A stretch of DNA of 64,000 nucleotides from the human T2T-CHM13v2.0 reference genome, Homo sapiens. The stretch is from the NCBI RefSeq assembly GCF_009914755.1, contig NC_060925.1, one strand, 5' to 3'. Below, piece after piece: positions 1-14,800 of the stretch. Under the pieces are notes generated by a model, which was not told where the DNA came from, did not search any database, and was given only the letters and a program-made list of their open reading frames with translations. Within the stretch, counting starts at the first letter, position 1. Each line of letters begins with the position of its first letter. The position numbers and the translations under genes are program-made.

Positions 1-1
1 G

Positions 2-232
2 TGTCCCGCCCCGGCGCCCACCCCGGCGCCCGCCTCCTCCTCCTCCTGCTGCGGCTCCGGCAGGGGCTGCTGCGGCGACTCAGGCTGCTGCGGCTCCAGC
101 TCCACCAGTTGCTGCTGCTTCCCAAGGAGACGCCGCCGACAGCGGAGTAGTGGTTGCTGCTGCTGCGGGGGCGGCAGCCAGAGGTCCCAGCGCTCCAACA
201 ACCGGAGCTCAGGATGCTGCTCCGGCTGCTGA
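2..232 (+). CDS. CRCT1: Cysteine-rich C-terminal protein 1 (NICE-1), 3' part of CDS; start codon upstream of window
   Basis: The frame from base 2 reads CPAPAPTPAPASSSSCCGSGRGCCGDSGCCGSSSTSCCCFPRRRRRQRSSGCCCCGGGSQRSQRSNNRSSGCCSGC, then TGA at 230-232. This matches the human CRCT1 C-terminal 76 aa as I recall it. The region is CpG-rich. The ORF track missed it because there is no in-frame start in the window. Confidence 0.96.
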   Translation, partial: CPAPAPTPAPASSSSCCGSGRGCCGDSGCCGSSSTSCCCFPRRRRRQRSSGCCCCGGGSQRSQRSNNRSSGCCSGC

Positions 233-533
233 GAGGCCCGCAACCCCCAGCGCTGCGCTAGAGAAACCCGCCCAGCCCAGAGCGGGCCCGCCCCGCTGCG
301 GCTCCCACGCGGGGCTGGGCCTCGGAGTTTGCCCCGTAAAGCGAATTGCACTTTGATGTTCAGAAACCCACTTTGTTCTCAGCCACGCAAAACTCCCTGA
401 CCCCGATGTGATTTTTCTCCCCGGGGATTCGAGAGCCATGCGTGGGACACTGGACCCTACTGTCTACACGGGCTTGCACACAGCAGGTGCTCAGCAAATG
501 TCTATTGATTTGATTGTCTTTTGAAGATGTCAT

Positions 534-539
534 AATAAA
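534..539 (+). terminator. CRCT1: CRCT1 polyadenylation signal
   Basis: AATAAA about 300 nt after the stop codon, followed by a T/GT-rich downstream element at ~562-585. Confidence 0.85.
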
Positions 540-739
540 GCTTCTACCTCCTGAGAACACCTTTTATTTGTTCTTCATTCGTTTCTCCACCCAGGTAGAA
601 AGGCTTGAAATGTTTGTGAAAGGCAGAATACTATAATTCATGCCTGAACAAGAAGGTGGCTTTCTGATAGTTAATTATGATAGCAGCGATCACATATCGA
701 CTGTTTCGAGTATTTTAAGGATTTTATGCGACAAAGTCC

Positions 740-915
740 TTGAATATTCTCAGGACTTTATGTGGCACAATCTGATTCTCATAATGACTTGCGTAGGAGA
801 GTGCAATTATACCCATTTTACAGAAGAGAAACTGAGGTTAAGTAATTTGTTCAAAGTCACCCAGCTGGCGCATGATAAAGAAGACAGGACATCTGATTCA
901 AGGGCTTCATTGCTC
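740..915 (-). mobile_element. MIR SINE fragment (other MIR pieces near 1470-1720, 2780-2960, 3950-4120)
   Basis: CCCATTTTACAGAAGAGAAACTGAGG...TTGTTCAAAGTCACCCAGCT is the reverse complement of the MIR core. Confidence 0.75.
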
Positions 916-3469
916 TGCTGAGTTCTCACCTGGGCTTCCCAAGCCTTACCACTGAGGTGCTCCTCCCGACCACCAGGTCCAGGCAGCTGTGTGGTAAAAG
1001 TTTGTTTTGGCAACTCTTTGGGGCTTTGGAATCAAGCCAGCTGTCTTCTTTTTTTTTTTTTTTAGTTTTATGTCTTATTTTATTTTTTATTTTTGGCATG
1101 GAAGTTCATTGACCTACTGCTTTGCTTGCTGGGGAGGAAATTTTTCCTAAGATGAGCCTTCCAGGAAACTGGGAGCTGCCCTCTCCAGGTCTCATTTGTG
1201 CAGCTGAAGCAGGACCAACAGCCATGGGTTTCTGGGAGTCTCTGTGGTGCAGCATGTGTGCTCGGAAACATGGGGATCTCATTCTTTAGAGATGGTGGCT
1301 GTGGCAGTGGCAATGGATGGGTCATCTTGCATAGGTCAGAAACCTATCCCTGTGGGCACAGATTTTATCCACTCATTTCAGGCACGAGGAAACAGGAGAA
1401 CAATATCCTCTGCATGGTGTCTGCTGGGTTCAGAAGGAAGAGATAATCATGGTAATAATAATAGTAACACTAGTTACCATTTATTTGGCACTATATTTCA
1501 GGCACAAGTCAAGGCACTTTACCTATATTATCTCACTTAATCCTCACAGTAATCTAAAAATATAGACATTCACTTCCCCACTTTTTATACGTGAGCACAT
1601 GGGTTTAGACAGTTCCAGTGGTTTGGCTGAAATCACAGAGCTAGTGAATGTCCCCTTGAGTGAGGGAGATGAGATTGAAACTGGAACCTGTGTGACTCCA
1701 AAGTCATGCCCTCACACTCAAAGAGTCATGCTCTACTGTCTTAGAAATCACCACCACACAGGGAAGAGACACTCGGGTCTCTGGACACACCCAGGCTCTC
1801 AGAAAATTGCAGCTCGGCTTCTTGGCTGCTGCTCCCTTGGTGACCCAATGAGTGGGGAGCTCTGTCATGGCATCCACCCAGCAGCTGGCGGCTGAGGGTG
1901 TCTGCTCAAAGGTGAGGTCGGAAATGCTCTACTGATTCATCCAGGATGTTTGACCTTGCGGCCAAATGACCCCTTGCCAGGGAGGCTCTGGAGGGCAGTC
2001 CTGCTCTGCCTGGGAGTGGCCCTTCCTTCCATGTCTGAGATTCTGTGATTTCCAGTGGGAGGTGATTTGTGGAAGCTGTTTACAAACAGATGATATCACC
2101 CGTGGACCTGCCTCCCCACACTAGTAATGTGTGCTGAAACAGCAAGCCCTGGGACTTGGTGGGCAGTGGGTGGGAAGGAAGAACTGCCTGACTCAGAACA
2201 GACACACTACGCAGCTAATCTGAGGGTGAGGGCTCAACCTGGAGCAGGAAGCTGAGGCCTGAGCTCTGGGAAAGAGAGGTGGTGACTCACGGAGAGATAT
2301 TAGAGTCCAAATAGGAGCACATGCCCTGTACACCAGGCATTTGGGTCTCATGTCAAATGGCTGGCCCTGATGGTGGTGGTACCTCCAGGCCCACATGCTG
2401 CTGAAACCCAGCAGGTCAGCACACATGGACTTTGATGAGAGACATTTGAGTATTTTAAGAATAGTTTCATTTTAGAAATCTAGCAAGCGACTTTGGAAGG
2501 TCTAGAGCTCTCTGCTCATGGTCCTTCAGGCTTTTCTGATTTCCAGCAGTAGGTAAAGCTGTATGTGTGGCCCAGGCACTCTCTGTGAGGTGATGGTGGT
2601 GGATGCTGAGCCTGTGGGAAATTTGGCAAAGTGAAGTCCTACTCAGAGGTTGTCACCTGGTACACGTGACAGGCAGAATCAGGTTTCGTATTATCTCTGG
2701 AATAAATGGACATTATTGTTAAATATATTTTATTCATGATGGCTCCAATTTCAGCTTAAATTATATTATTATACTGGTAATAATAACAACTGATACTTAT
2801 GTAGCATTTAGTGTTTATGAGGCGTTTCCACATATATTATCTCTTTCATAATTCTGTAACATAAGTATTACCATCTCTGTTTAACAGATCAGGGAGGGAC
2901 TCCTACAGTTTAAACAACCCACCTGAGGTTATCCAGCTGATACGTGTGGTCTCTGTCTGGACCAGGCCTTCTAATGCCCTCTAAGAAGGCCAACAGCCAC
3001 TTCTGAATATTCACTGAAATAATTGAATAATGGCACCCAGTTGATTACTTAGAGACAGTGCTGTATTCACTATTGCATCCCTAGTATCATGCCAGGTACA
3101 TATTAAAGGTCTATAAATAAATGATTGTTTATTAGTGCATAATGTGTAAGGCATTGTGCTAAAGAATTCCACAGAGATATACAAAGCATTTCTGGACCTC
3201 AAGGAGTTTATAGTCTGATTCAGAAACTATGGTAAATAAAAATACAAGATATAAATGATAACTCAGATCTGAAATGCAAAAAATGTCACAAGCAGAACAT
3301 GGCATAGGCAACTGCTCTAGGGATTCAACTGAGTTTAGATGAGGCATTGTGATACGACTTTGAATGAGGGCAAGTTACTGTGGACTGGATTATTTATAAG
3401 CCTTCATGGGAGGAAGGATCTGGGCTGGGTGTGAAGGATGGAAACACATCAGACGGGCAGAGATTCATT

Positions 3470-4830
3470 CATTTATGTATCTGTTCAACTCCATCAGACA
3501 CTGTTTATGGTTCTGGGACAGAACCAGAAATAAGACCAAGGCCCTGCTGGCATGGACCTCAATTTCTGGAGTGAAGACAGACAAGAAAGTGAGCAAGGAA
3601 GTCAGATTATTTCACACCGTGAAAAGTGTTGTGATGAAAACAAAGAAAATAAAGGTATAAACATTAACTAGAGGTGTATGGGGATTTTAGATGGAGCTAG
3701 GCCAGGCCTCTCTGAAGACATGTTATTTGAGCAGGAGAAATAGGAGTTATGACACAGAGCAGGGAAGCCCATGGTTACAGGGTTCCTGCATCCATGGCAG
3801 CCTAGGGCTGCAGGTGTTTGAGGTGTGTTTTCAGTTATGTTGCCTCCACCAGACAGTTTCACTACTAGGAAAGTAACTTGGAATTCCAGTTTCTTGGCAG
3901 ACAGATTTGCTAGTGTGATTGATCGTGTGCCATGAGGTTGGCATTATTTCATTGGATCCTCACAACTCTCCTACAAGACAAGTTTTCCCCACATTTTGTT
4001 AAGAAAACTGAAAGATAGAGCTGTTAGGTAGCCATCCTAGGATTTCCCAGCTTGTAATAGGAAGAACAAGGTTTTGTACTGGAGACATTTTCCTCTGAAG
4101 TCAATGTTCTGAACATTGTGCTACAGTCTGCATTTCTGGGAAAGAGGGGAGTAGTCTCAAGCTTGGACTAGGGGAGGAGAAAGGGGTCTCAAGGGAGTGG
4201 TGTTGATATTGAAAGACCCTGAGGACACATCTTCAGAGAAGGAGATAGGAGGCCAGATCATGGATGGTTTGGAGTGCCAAATCAAGGAGTTTCAACTATC
4301 TCATATTTGTGGAGTATGGTGGTAGGAAAATGGCTTTGAAAGAAGTACATTAGAGAGATAAAAGTTGGTTTATATAACATCTAGAGTACTCTCTGACATG
4401 ACCCTAAGATTAATTAGGCAGCAATGATTAAGGTGCTCCAGAAGAGGAAGTTAATGGAGAGATTACCTCTGTGAGCAGGTGCAATGGCCCAGGCATGAAA
4501 TGAAGATCTGAACCTGGCACATGGCAGTCATTACAAAAAGGAAATGACTGTTGTGAAAAGCATTTGTCCAGAAGGAAGAGGGATAGAATCAGGTGATGTA
4601 TTGGGGTTGAGAAAGAGGAAGCAACTGGGGTGTCTCTGAGGTTTTGTGCCTTGTGCCTGGGAAATGATGACAGCATTGACAAAATAGAGAAGTCAGGAGA
4701 AAGAACTAGTGTGAGGAGGAGAGGTAAGTTTGGTCCAAGATGTGTTGGGTTTGACGTGCTGGCAGGACATGACCATGTGACAGTGATGTGGGGCTGGAAC
4801 TTCAGACTCAGAATCCTTGAACATTGACAT
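3470..4830 (-). mobile_element. Degraded L2 LINE fragments (with an embedded MIR); more L2-like sequence at ~5800-6240
   Basis: Begins with CATTCATTTA (the L2 3'-end repeat), followed by purine-rich L2-like sequence. Boundaries are approximate. Confidence 0.55.
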
Positions 4831-7800
4831 AAACACAATTAAGATAAATGGTAATAAGCCTTATGCAGCTTGGAGTCAAATCTTTGGGAATGAATGCAGT
4901 CCTATTTCTGCAGTGAAGGTTATGAGAAAATAGACTTGGTCTGTCTTGTTCATTGCAGCAACCTCAGTGCAAAGAACAGAGACCTAGGCAAGTAAAGGCA
5001 CTCAGTGAATATGTGTTGAGTAAGTCAATAAATAAAACAGCAAGACAGAGTGCCCAAGACTTGAGTTGAGGGAGAAACGAAGCAGAAAGGAGGAAGTTGA
5101 ATTCCGATCGAAGGGGGCAAAGATGATGAAGTCAGAGAAATTACTCAGATATTTGGCCTCAACAATTCATATAAGGTTACTTTAAAGTCTTATGTTCTAG
5201 GAATCTGGGCAGAAGGGAACCAGCACGATGCAAGAATGCAGAAGCTAAAGAATGTCAACCAGTCAGGGTCTTCCTTCCCACTGCGCGATCTATCTTTGGC
5301 ATCTTTAAACCATTGAACAGTTATAGTAGGAAATTCCATCTGAAGGGATAGCAGTTTCATCCTAACTAGGTAGAACGGGTTGAACAGGAAAACTGGCATT
5401 CACATTGAGTAAAAAAAAAAAAATCCTCTCTTCCATGGATGACACTGCAGCAGGTCAGAATGATTTGGCCATGATAAATCTGAAACATATTATCTTGGCT
5501 CAGGTTGAGTAATAGTCAACCCTAGAAAAGCAAGCATCTCTTCTTCTCTTATAAACATTGCATCAGGGCAAGAGTGAGGGGTATTAAGCCATCTTATTTA
5601 ATGATATATCTCATCCTTAAGGATTTATTAGTTCCATTGCCAATAATGTAGCTATATCAGCTCTGCATGTTTGGAAACTTAATTTGCAATTAAGTTCAAA
5701 GGCCATTTTTCCATGGTATGAAATAGGATTATATGTACTTGAAAGTCAGAAATTAACCATTTCCCACTACCCAAAATAATTTTCTGTTCATTAATTACTG
5801 CAATCTTCCATTCATAAACATTTATTGTGTACTTACTATATTTTAGGCACTTTGTGATACAAACAACTCTTCTCCAATAGTTTAGTGGGAAAGAGTCAAA
5901 TATCATAATACTGTGTAATTTGATAAACGCTTTAAGTCAGCAATACAGAGAGGTGATGGCTCATTCGGCTGAGGGACTGGCAAAAGGTATTGTTTGAAGT
6001 TAGTCCAGAATGATGTGTAGGAATTGCTCTGGCTGAGAACGTAGAAAAGATATTTAATTTAAAGTAGACAACAGCAAGTGCAAAGGTTGGAAAGGTGATC
6101 ATGTATTTTATAGAAAGCAATATTGCACGGCTGAAGATCATGGAAGCCAGAGTAGGTGAGATTATATAGCTAGTCGGGGAATAAATAAAGCAGGGTCTTG
6201 TATGACTCTTGAAAACTCCTGGAACCTTATCTTGGAGGCGACGTGGACCATGGCATTTTTGTGGCTTGATAGGTCTCTCTCTTGTGTTTTTAATTATACT
6301 GAAGTTACCTTAGCTTAAAAAAATGAGGGCATTAGCATCATTTCTAGCCACCATGCTCACCTATCTTCTTTTCTTAGTGTCTTCCCCAAATTTCAAAAAG
6401 TGCTCTTCATAGTTTTATATTTTACTTGAATCTTCCTTAACCTCATTGAATAATGCTTGTCCCACTAGCCATTCTGCTTGATCATTTCATCCCAGTCACC
6501 ATGTCATCTCCTAAGTTCTGTGCTCAACAGTCTTTCTTTACTTCCCAGGGTCCCAGCCCTCTGGAAAGCATTGCCCACTCTTGGTCAGCTCCTGCCCCTC
6601 TATTCTGGACACTGCACTGCTGTCAGTGTTTTATAATTCACTGGGATTCTCCCCCGTCTCTTCTCTGCTAGTATTTCTGCTAGTTCCAATTCTAAATCTG
6701 TGCATAATAACTAAGGTTTAGCCCTTAGCTGTCTGACTTTTTCTTTCTACAGAAAAATCTCATTCATTCATTCATTTACTAATTCCTCACACTTTTATTG
6801 AGAACCTAATATGTGCTAGGCTCTTCATTAGGAGTTCAGATAGAAATATGTATCTGAGATATTGCTTTATGTGTCTGTCTCTAAAATTTCTATCTTTAAT
6901 AATGATACTTCCTGAAAATTAAGGTTAAAAACCTCTGATTCTCATAAAATGGTTTTATTTCACTAATTCAGACGCATCTCACATGAAACATCACTACCTC
7001 TCAAACTAGTGTTGTTATATTTTTCTTTAGATTTCTCTACTTTAGAGGATGGGGATACTGTCACCAATTACACTAAAAACTGCAGTGAAATCTTCGACTC
7101 TTCCCTTTCTTTTGATTTTGCATCTAATCATTTGCCAAAGTGTATTTCTTTTTCTTTGCTCCCTTTCCCCCTATATCTACTACCATCATCTTTTAATCCT
7201 CTAAAAGAAAATGGGCACAGAACTTGGAAGTAAAGGATCCAGGCAAGGCATTTGCCATGTGGTACCAGACGAGGCTCAAGTTGGAAATCTTAATCTATGC
7301 CTACATATGGTGGCAACAAGCTATCTCTGATGAGGTCAGACCACATATGATGGACAGCTGCTTATATTTCCCATGCTCTGGAGCAGTATAACATGTTAGA
7401 GCACTTTAACTATAAACATATACTTCTTGCCTTTCATTTTATTTTTGTCTAATATTGTAGTTTCATCTTAACACCCTGAAACTACTTCTACTATTTTATA
7501 TTGTCAATGCTTGTTTATTTTTATCCACATTTTCATATTTTTCTCTGCCCCCTTACCATTGCCTACTTTAGATTATTCTCTCCTTATGGATTCAATTTTC
7601 TTCTTCCTGGAGTAAATCCTTGGTAGTTCTTTTAGCCACTATTAGTAGCAAGATTAATCTTCATCTGAAAATACCTTAATTGCGCCCTTACGCTTAAATA
7701 ATATTTTAGCTAGATATAGAATTCCAGGTTGGCAAATATTGTCTCAAATCACTTTGAAGATATTATTCCACTATTTTCTGACACTAATGGTTGAGAAAGG

Positions 7801-8194
7801 TGCTATCAGCCTTTTTTTTTCTGGGGAGGTAATCTGTTTCATATTCCGATACTTTTTACAATTTTCCCTTCAGATTTGTGTTTGTGAGAATTCATGTCTT
7901 TCATTCATTTCTAAAAATTTAGAGCCAATACCTCTTCAAATATTGCTACTTATTCATTATTTCTTATATTCCTTCTGGAAATCTCATTAGATGCATTTAG
8001 GACTTTTGCATTCTGTAATATGGAAATCACTGCATTCTAAGTCATTTCAACATATCTCTCAGTTCATAATTTCTCTTTTCAACTATTTTAAATATATTAT
8101 TGTTTGCCACTTAAGTGTTAATTTACCTCAATATCTATGTAACCTTCCTTTCACATTAATAAAACTTCTAAGTTTTAATTGGGTCTATGACTTC

Positions 8195-8590
8195 CAAGAA
8201 TAAACATTCCAGGATCCCTTGCAGCTAAGCATCGCCATATGACTCGTTCTGGGCAATAGGATGTCAATGGGAGTATCTTCAAGACACGTTTTCAAAAGAT
8301 AAACCCACATCCTTTTTTTCCTTTCCTTCTTCATTCCTTCCTCTGCTTAGAATGTATACTGATGGCTGGAACTGCGTATTGAGCCAAAATAACAAGTGTC
8401 ACCCACTAGGAGTTGAAATAGAAATGTAGAAGAATAATCAGTTCCAGATGGCTATGGCGCCTTAATGCCAATGCTGAACAGTCAAGATCTGGGATTTTTA
8501 TGTGAGAAACAAATTAATTTTATGTGAGAAACTTCTAACTTCTTAATCTATCTTTTTTTGGCTTTTATTCTCAGGCACATCTAATTTTAA
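8195..8590. mobile_element. Old ERVL-class LTR fragment (LTR33/LTR16-like)
   Basis: CCCTTGCAGCTAAG...CCATATGACT...TTCTGGGCAATAGGATGT resembles the recalled ERVL LTR consensus. Confidence 0.5.
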
Positions 8591-8734
8591 CCTATACCAT
8601 TTATTTATTGATTTTCAAATGACAATGAATATACTTTTAATTTCTTATGGTTCTATTTGGTTCTTTTTTTATAGAGTCGATATATTTTCTTATGTCTTAA
8701 ATTCTTATTTGTGTTTAATCATTTTAAACATACT

Positions 8735-8925
8735 TTTAAAGATTTAATTTTTTAGAGCAGTTTTAGGTTTACAGCAAAATTGAGAGGAAGGCATGGAAAT
8801 CTCCCATACACCTTCTGCCCCAAGATATGCATAGACTCCTTGATCACCAATATCCCCCACCAGAGTGGTACATTTGTTACAATTGCCGAGCCTACACTGA
8901 TACTTCATAATCACCCAAATTTACA
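8735..8925 (-). mobile_element. L1M (L1MA/L1MB-type) 3' end fragment
   Basis: TTTTTAGAGCAGTTTTAGGTTTACAGCAAAATTGAG...CCCCCACCAGAGTGGTACATTTGTTACAATTG is a typical antisense L1M 3' UTR. Confidence 0.75.
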
Positions 8926-11818
8926 ATATTTATCTGATAATTCTTTTATCTGAAATTTCTTGGTGGTCTAATTCTACTGCTTATAGTATTCATTGATTCT
9001 CCCTGAAGATGAAATCACAATTCAAAATTAGAAAACATACAAGAAAACAAGCCACAAGAGTTCATCTTCAGTGAGACTTTATGTGTGGGCATCCTAAGGG
9101 GATTATGTTGAAGACAAATCCCTCTAGATTGATTTTGAATTTATTTCTGCCAGGTATCTCAGGTATCTGTCATCTGCCTGGAACCAATTTTTATGTAATT
9201 ATCTAGTTTAGGTATTCTCAGATCCCATGTGTAGTGTCCTTTGGAAAGAGTGGCAAATATATATGAGGCACAGACCCTTGGTTATACATTTTAAGGGCTT
9301 ATTTTCTCCCCTCCTTATAAACCCAAGCTAAGGCAGACAAGCTTCTTTGTGTCTTGTGGTGTTGCTTCTGTAATCCACCTTTTCCAGTGAGGATGTTTCC
9401 TTTATTGCTCCCAATCTTGTCTCCTTCTCTTCAAGACCTGAGATTCCAAAACCTTAGAAAATAACATTTTCTACTTTCAGACAGCTGCCACATCAACCTA
9501 TGGGCCTTTTATTTTGGTTTTGGTTCTCAATTCTCTATTCAATTATGGAACTTGGGAATTTTTTTAACTTTCATGCAAGTTTAGATACACATTAAAAATA
9601 TATTTATTACATTGTATCTAACACATGAGATGGTAATAGTATAAAGATTTAAAAGTTTTCTAATAAGCAATACTGTCAGAATTGGTGTTAGTTCTTAGAA
9701 AGTTCCAGATGATCACAGCTGTGCTAAGGAAAACGAAGGGAAAACATTTCTGCTATTCTTAGGGGCAAGTATGCCCTGGAGACTGCTGAATCAGTGATAT
9801 TTGATGTGAGAGAACCTTAAAAAAAAGGCAAAATCCAGGAGCAGGTTGTTGATTCTCAGCCCATTGCTAAATATGGCAAATTTTGTCATACAACTGCTGG
9901 ACTCTATGCTCCTTGAGGACAGTGTCATGTCCCATACATCTTACTATTTCTCTGTCTACTTGGCACTGCAGTTTGTATATGGAAGTTGCTCAACACAACT
10001 GATGATTGATTGTTGACAGTACAAATCCTTGCTTTGAACTTTGTACTCATCAGAAAATTACATCAAGGTGTGGTGCATTTCAGTGTAAAGTACCATATTA
10101 ACTGTGCACTCCACCCAGTGTAGAAACATACAAAAAAATGCCAGGGCTCATTTTTGACATTATTTCCATTCCATAACTAATATTATAGTCAATAATAAAG
10201 TAGAGATGATTGATGTATTCCTGCTTAGTTCAAAATAGATTCTAAAAAACTTTTCAGGGTAAACAGTCGAAAGTTCACGACATATTTATAATTTGAGAAG
10301 GTTATTAGAGACTATGTAGTCAGATCACTCATTAAATGCAGAAAAATGTCCTTCTGTAATAACCTGATTAGTGCTAAACACAGCTAGATACAGGATGTTA
10401 GCTCACTGCCTCACATAATCATTTATCTCATTTTGAAAAATTTAATCTTTTCAATAAATTTATTGCACTTCTAGAAAACTTTACTTAAAAAATCTTTGTA
10501 TTAGGTTTTTGATTTTAAAATATACTTTTCTCTTATTATTGAATAATTCTAGAATGTTCAGGGCATAACATTTTTATATATTCAGGAAAGAGACTATGAT
10601 GACCTCCATTATAGAGGAAGGAGCACTGCCCTGTTTAAACCCAGGGCATATAAAACTGAATTGTAGAGAAATACAAATATACATAAACAAAAAAATAAAA
10701 CAACTTATAATTCTATTGTCTACAGATAATCATTTTTACACCTAATTGTGCATTCCTCCAGATCTTTATGCAAACTTTTTTTTCTTTTAACAAAATTGTC
10801 TTCAGGTTTTGAACGCTATTTTTTCATCTGAACTTGTCACCCAATTATGTATCATAGCATCTTTGCATGACAATACACATTCATCCATAGCAAACTTTTT
10901 ATGCCTTAATCATTTTCTATTTTATGGATAGTCCACTATTTATTTAAGCAACTCCTTATTGTTGGGCATTGTCTTGCCTCCAATTCTTTACTATAATTAA
11001 ATATGCTGTAATGCATTTATTCATTCAGCAAATATTTGTCAGGCACCTTAACTCTGCCTGCACCATTCAGCATGGGAAACGAAGTTCCTGTCTTCAGTGT
11101 TAACTTCTGAAGGGGGAGATGGAGATTGAAAATAAACAAATAATCAGAGCACAAATATCAGATAATCACAAAGAGTGATAATTGCCATGAAAAAAATAAG
11201 ATGGGTTAATGAGATAGTGACAAGGCTCAGTCTGTAATTTAGGAGGGGAAATAACGTTGTGTCACATATCCATAGGATAAACCTTAGATGAACCTGTAGA
11301 ATTGGAATTGCTGCATTTTCTATTAAGCTATCCTCCCACTGTGGTGGAGAAGGCCTGCTTCTTGGAGTGCTTACCAACACTGTCTTGCACCTTGCTCCCA
11401 CTCTGGGCCCTAGTCCTGCCCTCTGCACCACCTCAGCACCATTTCTTCTCTATTTGCCTCATAAAAATATTGTCCCTCACATGTATAGGACTTTATACTT
11501 TACAAACAAGTTTCACATGCTAACTTAATGCATTAATTATTTTGTTTCTATATTTTATTACGTAAATGTTCAAATCTGCACCAAAAGAGAGGGTAGGATA
11601 ATGATCCCTCAATTCCTCAGCACCCAGATGAAAAAGAAATCAGCATTGTTCCCATATTGTTTCATTTGTTCTCTGGCCCCCTATTCTTTTTTTCTGGACT
11701 ATTTTAAAGCAAAGCCCACATATAACATTTTCCCCCACCCACTAATACTGGAGTACATGTCTGTAATTGACATAGACATTTTTCTTTCTTGCATATCTTC
11801 AATGCCATTACCATTTCT

Positions 11819-14800
11819 TTTTTTGTTTGTTAAACTTTTAGGTTCAGGGGTACATGTGCCGGTTTGTTATATAAGTAAACTCATGTCATGGGGGTTTGTT
11901 GTGCAGATTATTTTTCACCCAGGTACTAAGCCTAGTACCCAATAGTTACTTTTTCTGCTCCTTTCCTTCCTCCCACCCTCGGCCCTCAAGTAGGCCCCAA
12001 TGTTGGTTGGTCCCTTCTTTGTGTCCATGAGTTCTCATCGTTTAGCTCCCACTTATAAGTGAGAACATGTGGAATTTGGTTTTCTGTTCCTGCATTAGTT
12101 TGCTGAGGATAATGGCCACCAGCTCCATCCATGTTCTGTAAAAGACATAATCTCATTCTTTTTTATGGCTGCATAGTATTCCATGGTGTACATGTACCAC
12201 ATTTTCTTTATCCAGTCTATCATTGATGGGCATTTAGGTTGATTCCATGTCTTTGCTATTGTGAATAGTGCTGCAATGAATATGTGTGCATGTGTCTTTA
12301 TCATAGAATTACATATATTCTTCTGGGTACTTACCCAGTAATGGCAAATGGCAGTTCCGATTTTAGGTCTTTGAGTAATCATCACATTATTTTCCACAAT
12401 GGTTGAACTAATTTACATGCCCACCAAGGGTATATAAGTATTCCCTTTTCTCTGCAGCCTTACCAGCATCTGTTATGGTTTTGACTTTTTAATGATAGCC
12501 ATTCTGTCTGGTGTAAGATGGTATCTCATTGCGGTTTTGCATTTCTCCAATGATCAGTGATACTGAACTTTCTTTCATATGCTTGTTGGCCACATGTATG
12601 TCTTCTTTTGAAAAGTGTCTGTTCATGTCCTTTGCCCACTTTTTAATGGGGTGTTTGCTTTTTTCTTGTAAATTTATTTAAGTTCCTTATAGATGCTGGA
12701 TTTTAGACCTTTGTCAGGTGGACAGTTTGCAAATATTCTCTCCCATTCTGTAGGTTATCTGTTTACTCTGTTGATAGTTTCTTTTGCTATGCAGAAGCTC
12801 TTTAGTTTAATCAGATCCCATTTATCAATTTTTGCTTTTGTTGAAATTGCTTTTGGCATCATGAAATCTTTGCCTGTTTCTACGTCCTGAATGGTATTGC
12901 CTAGGTTGTCTTCTGGGGTTTTTATAGTTTAGGGTTTTACATTTAAATCTTTAATCCATCTTGAATTGAGTTTTGTATATGGTGAGAGGAAGGGGTCCCA
13001 TTTTAATCTTTTGCATATGGGTAACCGTTTACTGAATAGAGAGTCCTTTCCCCATTGCTTGTTTTTGTCAGCTTTGTCAAAGATCAGATGATCATAGGTT
13101 TGTGGCCTTATTTCTTGGCTCCCTATTCTGTTTCATTGGTCTATGTGTCTGTTTTTGTACCAGTACTGTGCTGTTTTGGTTACTGTAGCCCTGTAGTGTA
13201 GTTTGAAGTCAGGTAACATGATGCCTCCAGCTTTGTTCTTTTTGCTTAGGCTTGCTTTGGCTATTTGGGCTCCATATGAATTTTAAAATAGTTCTTTCTG
13301 GTTCTGTGAAAAATGCCATTGGTAGTTTGATAGGAATAGCATTGAATCTGTAAATTTCTTTGGGAAGTATGGACATTCTAATGACATTGATTCTTTCTAT
13401 CCATGAGCATGGAATTTTTTTTAATTTGTTTGTGTAACCTCTGATTTCTCTGAGAAGTGTTTTGTAACTCTTCTTGTAGAGCTCTTTCACCTCCGTGGTT
13501 AGCTGTATTCCTAGATATTTTACTCTTTGTGTGGTAGTTGTGAATGGGATTGTGTTCCTGATTTGGCTCTTGGCTTGACTGTTGTTGGTGTATAGTAGTG
13601 CTAGTGATTTTTGTACATTGATTTTGTATCCTGAAACTTTGCTGACATTGTTTATCAGCTGAAGGAGCTTTTGAGCCAAGACCATGGGATTTTCCAGATA
13701 TGGAATCACGTAATCTGTAAACAGGGATAGTTTGACTTCCTCTCTTCCTATTTTGATGCCCCTTATTTCTTTATCTTCCCTGATTGCTCTGGCCAGGACT
13801 TCACATACTGTGTTGAATAGGGATGGTGAGAGAGGGCATCCTTGACTTGTGCCACTTTTAAGGGGAGTGCTTCCATCTTTTCCCAATTCAGTATGATGTT
13901 GGCTATGAGTTTGTCATAGATGGGTCTTGTTATTTTGACATATGTTCCTTCCATATCTAGTTTATTGAGAGTTTTTAACATGAAGGAATGTTGCACTTTA
14001 TCAAAAGCCTTTGCTACATTTATTGAGATAATCATGTGTTTTTTGCCTTTAGTTCTGTTTATGTGATGAATCACATTTATTGTTTTGTGTATGTTGAACC
14101 AACCTTGCATCCTAGGGATGAAGCCTGCTTGATCATGGTGGATTAGCTTTTTGATGTGCTGCTGGATTCAGTTTGCAAATGTTTTGTTGATTTTTGCATC
14201 AATTTTCATCAAGGATTTTGGCCTGCAGTTTTCTTTTTTTGTTGTGTCTCTGGCAGGTTTTGGCATCAGGATGATGCTAGCCTCATAGAATGAGTTGGGA
14301 GGAATCCCTCCTCCTTGAATTTTTGCGAATAGTTTTAGTAAAAGTAGCACTAGTTCTTATTTTTACATCTGGTAGAATTCAGCTGTGAATCTATCTGGTC
14401 CTGGGCTTTTTTGATTGGCATGCTATTTGTTACTGGTTCAATTTTTGAGCTCAATATTGGTCTGCTTAGGGCATCAATTTCTTTCTTCAATTCAGTCTTG
14501 AGAGTGTGTGTGTCCAGGAGTTTACCCATCTCATCTAGGCTTTCTAGTTCATGTGCACAGAGGTGTTCATAGTAGTTTCCAGTGGTTATTTTTATTTCTT
14601 TGGGGTCAGTGGTAACATCCCCTTTGTCATTTCTAATTGTGTTTACTTGGCTCCCTCTCTTTTCTTCTTTATTAATCTAGTTAGTGGCCTATTTATCTTA
14701 TTAACTTTTTCAAAAAACCACCTCCTGGATTTGTTGATCTTTTGAATGGCTTTTCATGTCTTGATTTCCTTCAGTTCAGCTCTGATTTTGGTAATGTCTT

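Noticed and set aside
150-439. ORFs 150-356 (+) and 209-439 (-)
   Set aside because: These are alternative-frame or antisense shadows of the GC-rich CRCT1 exon. The real frame is 2-232.
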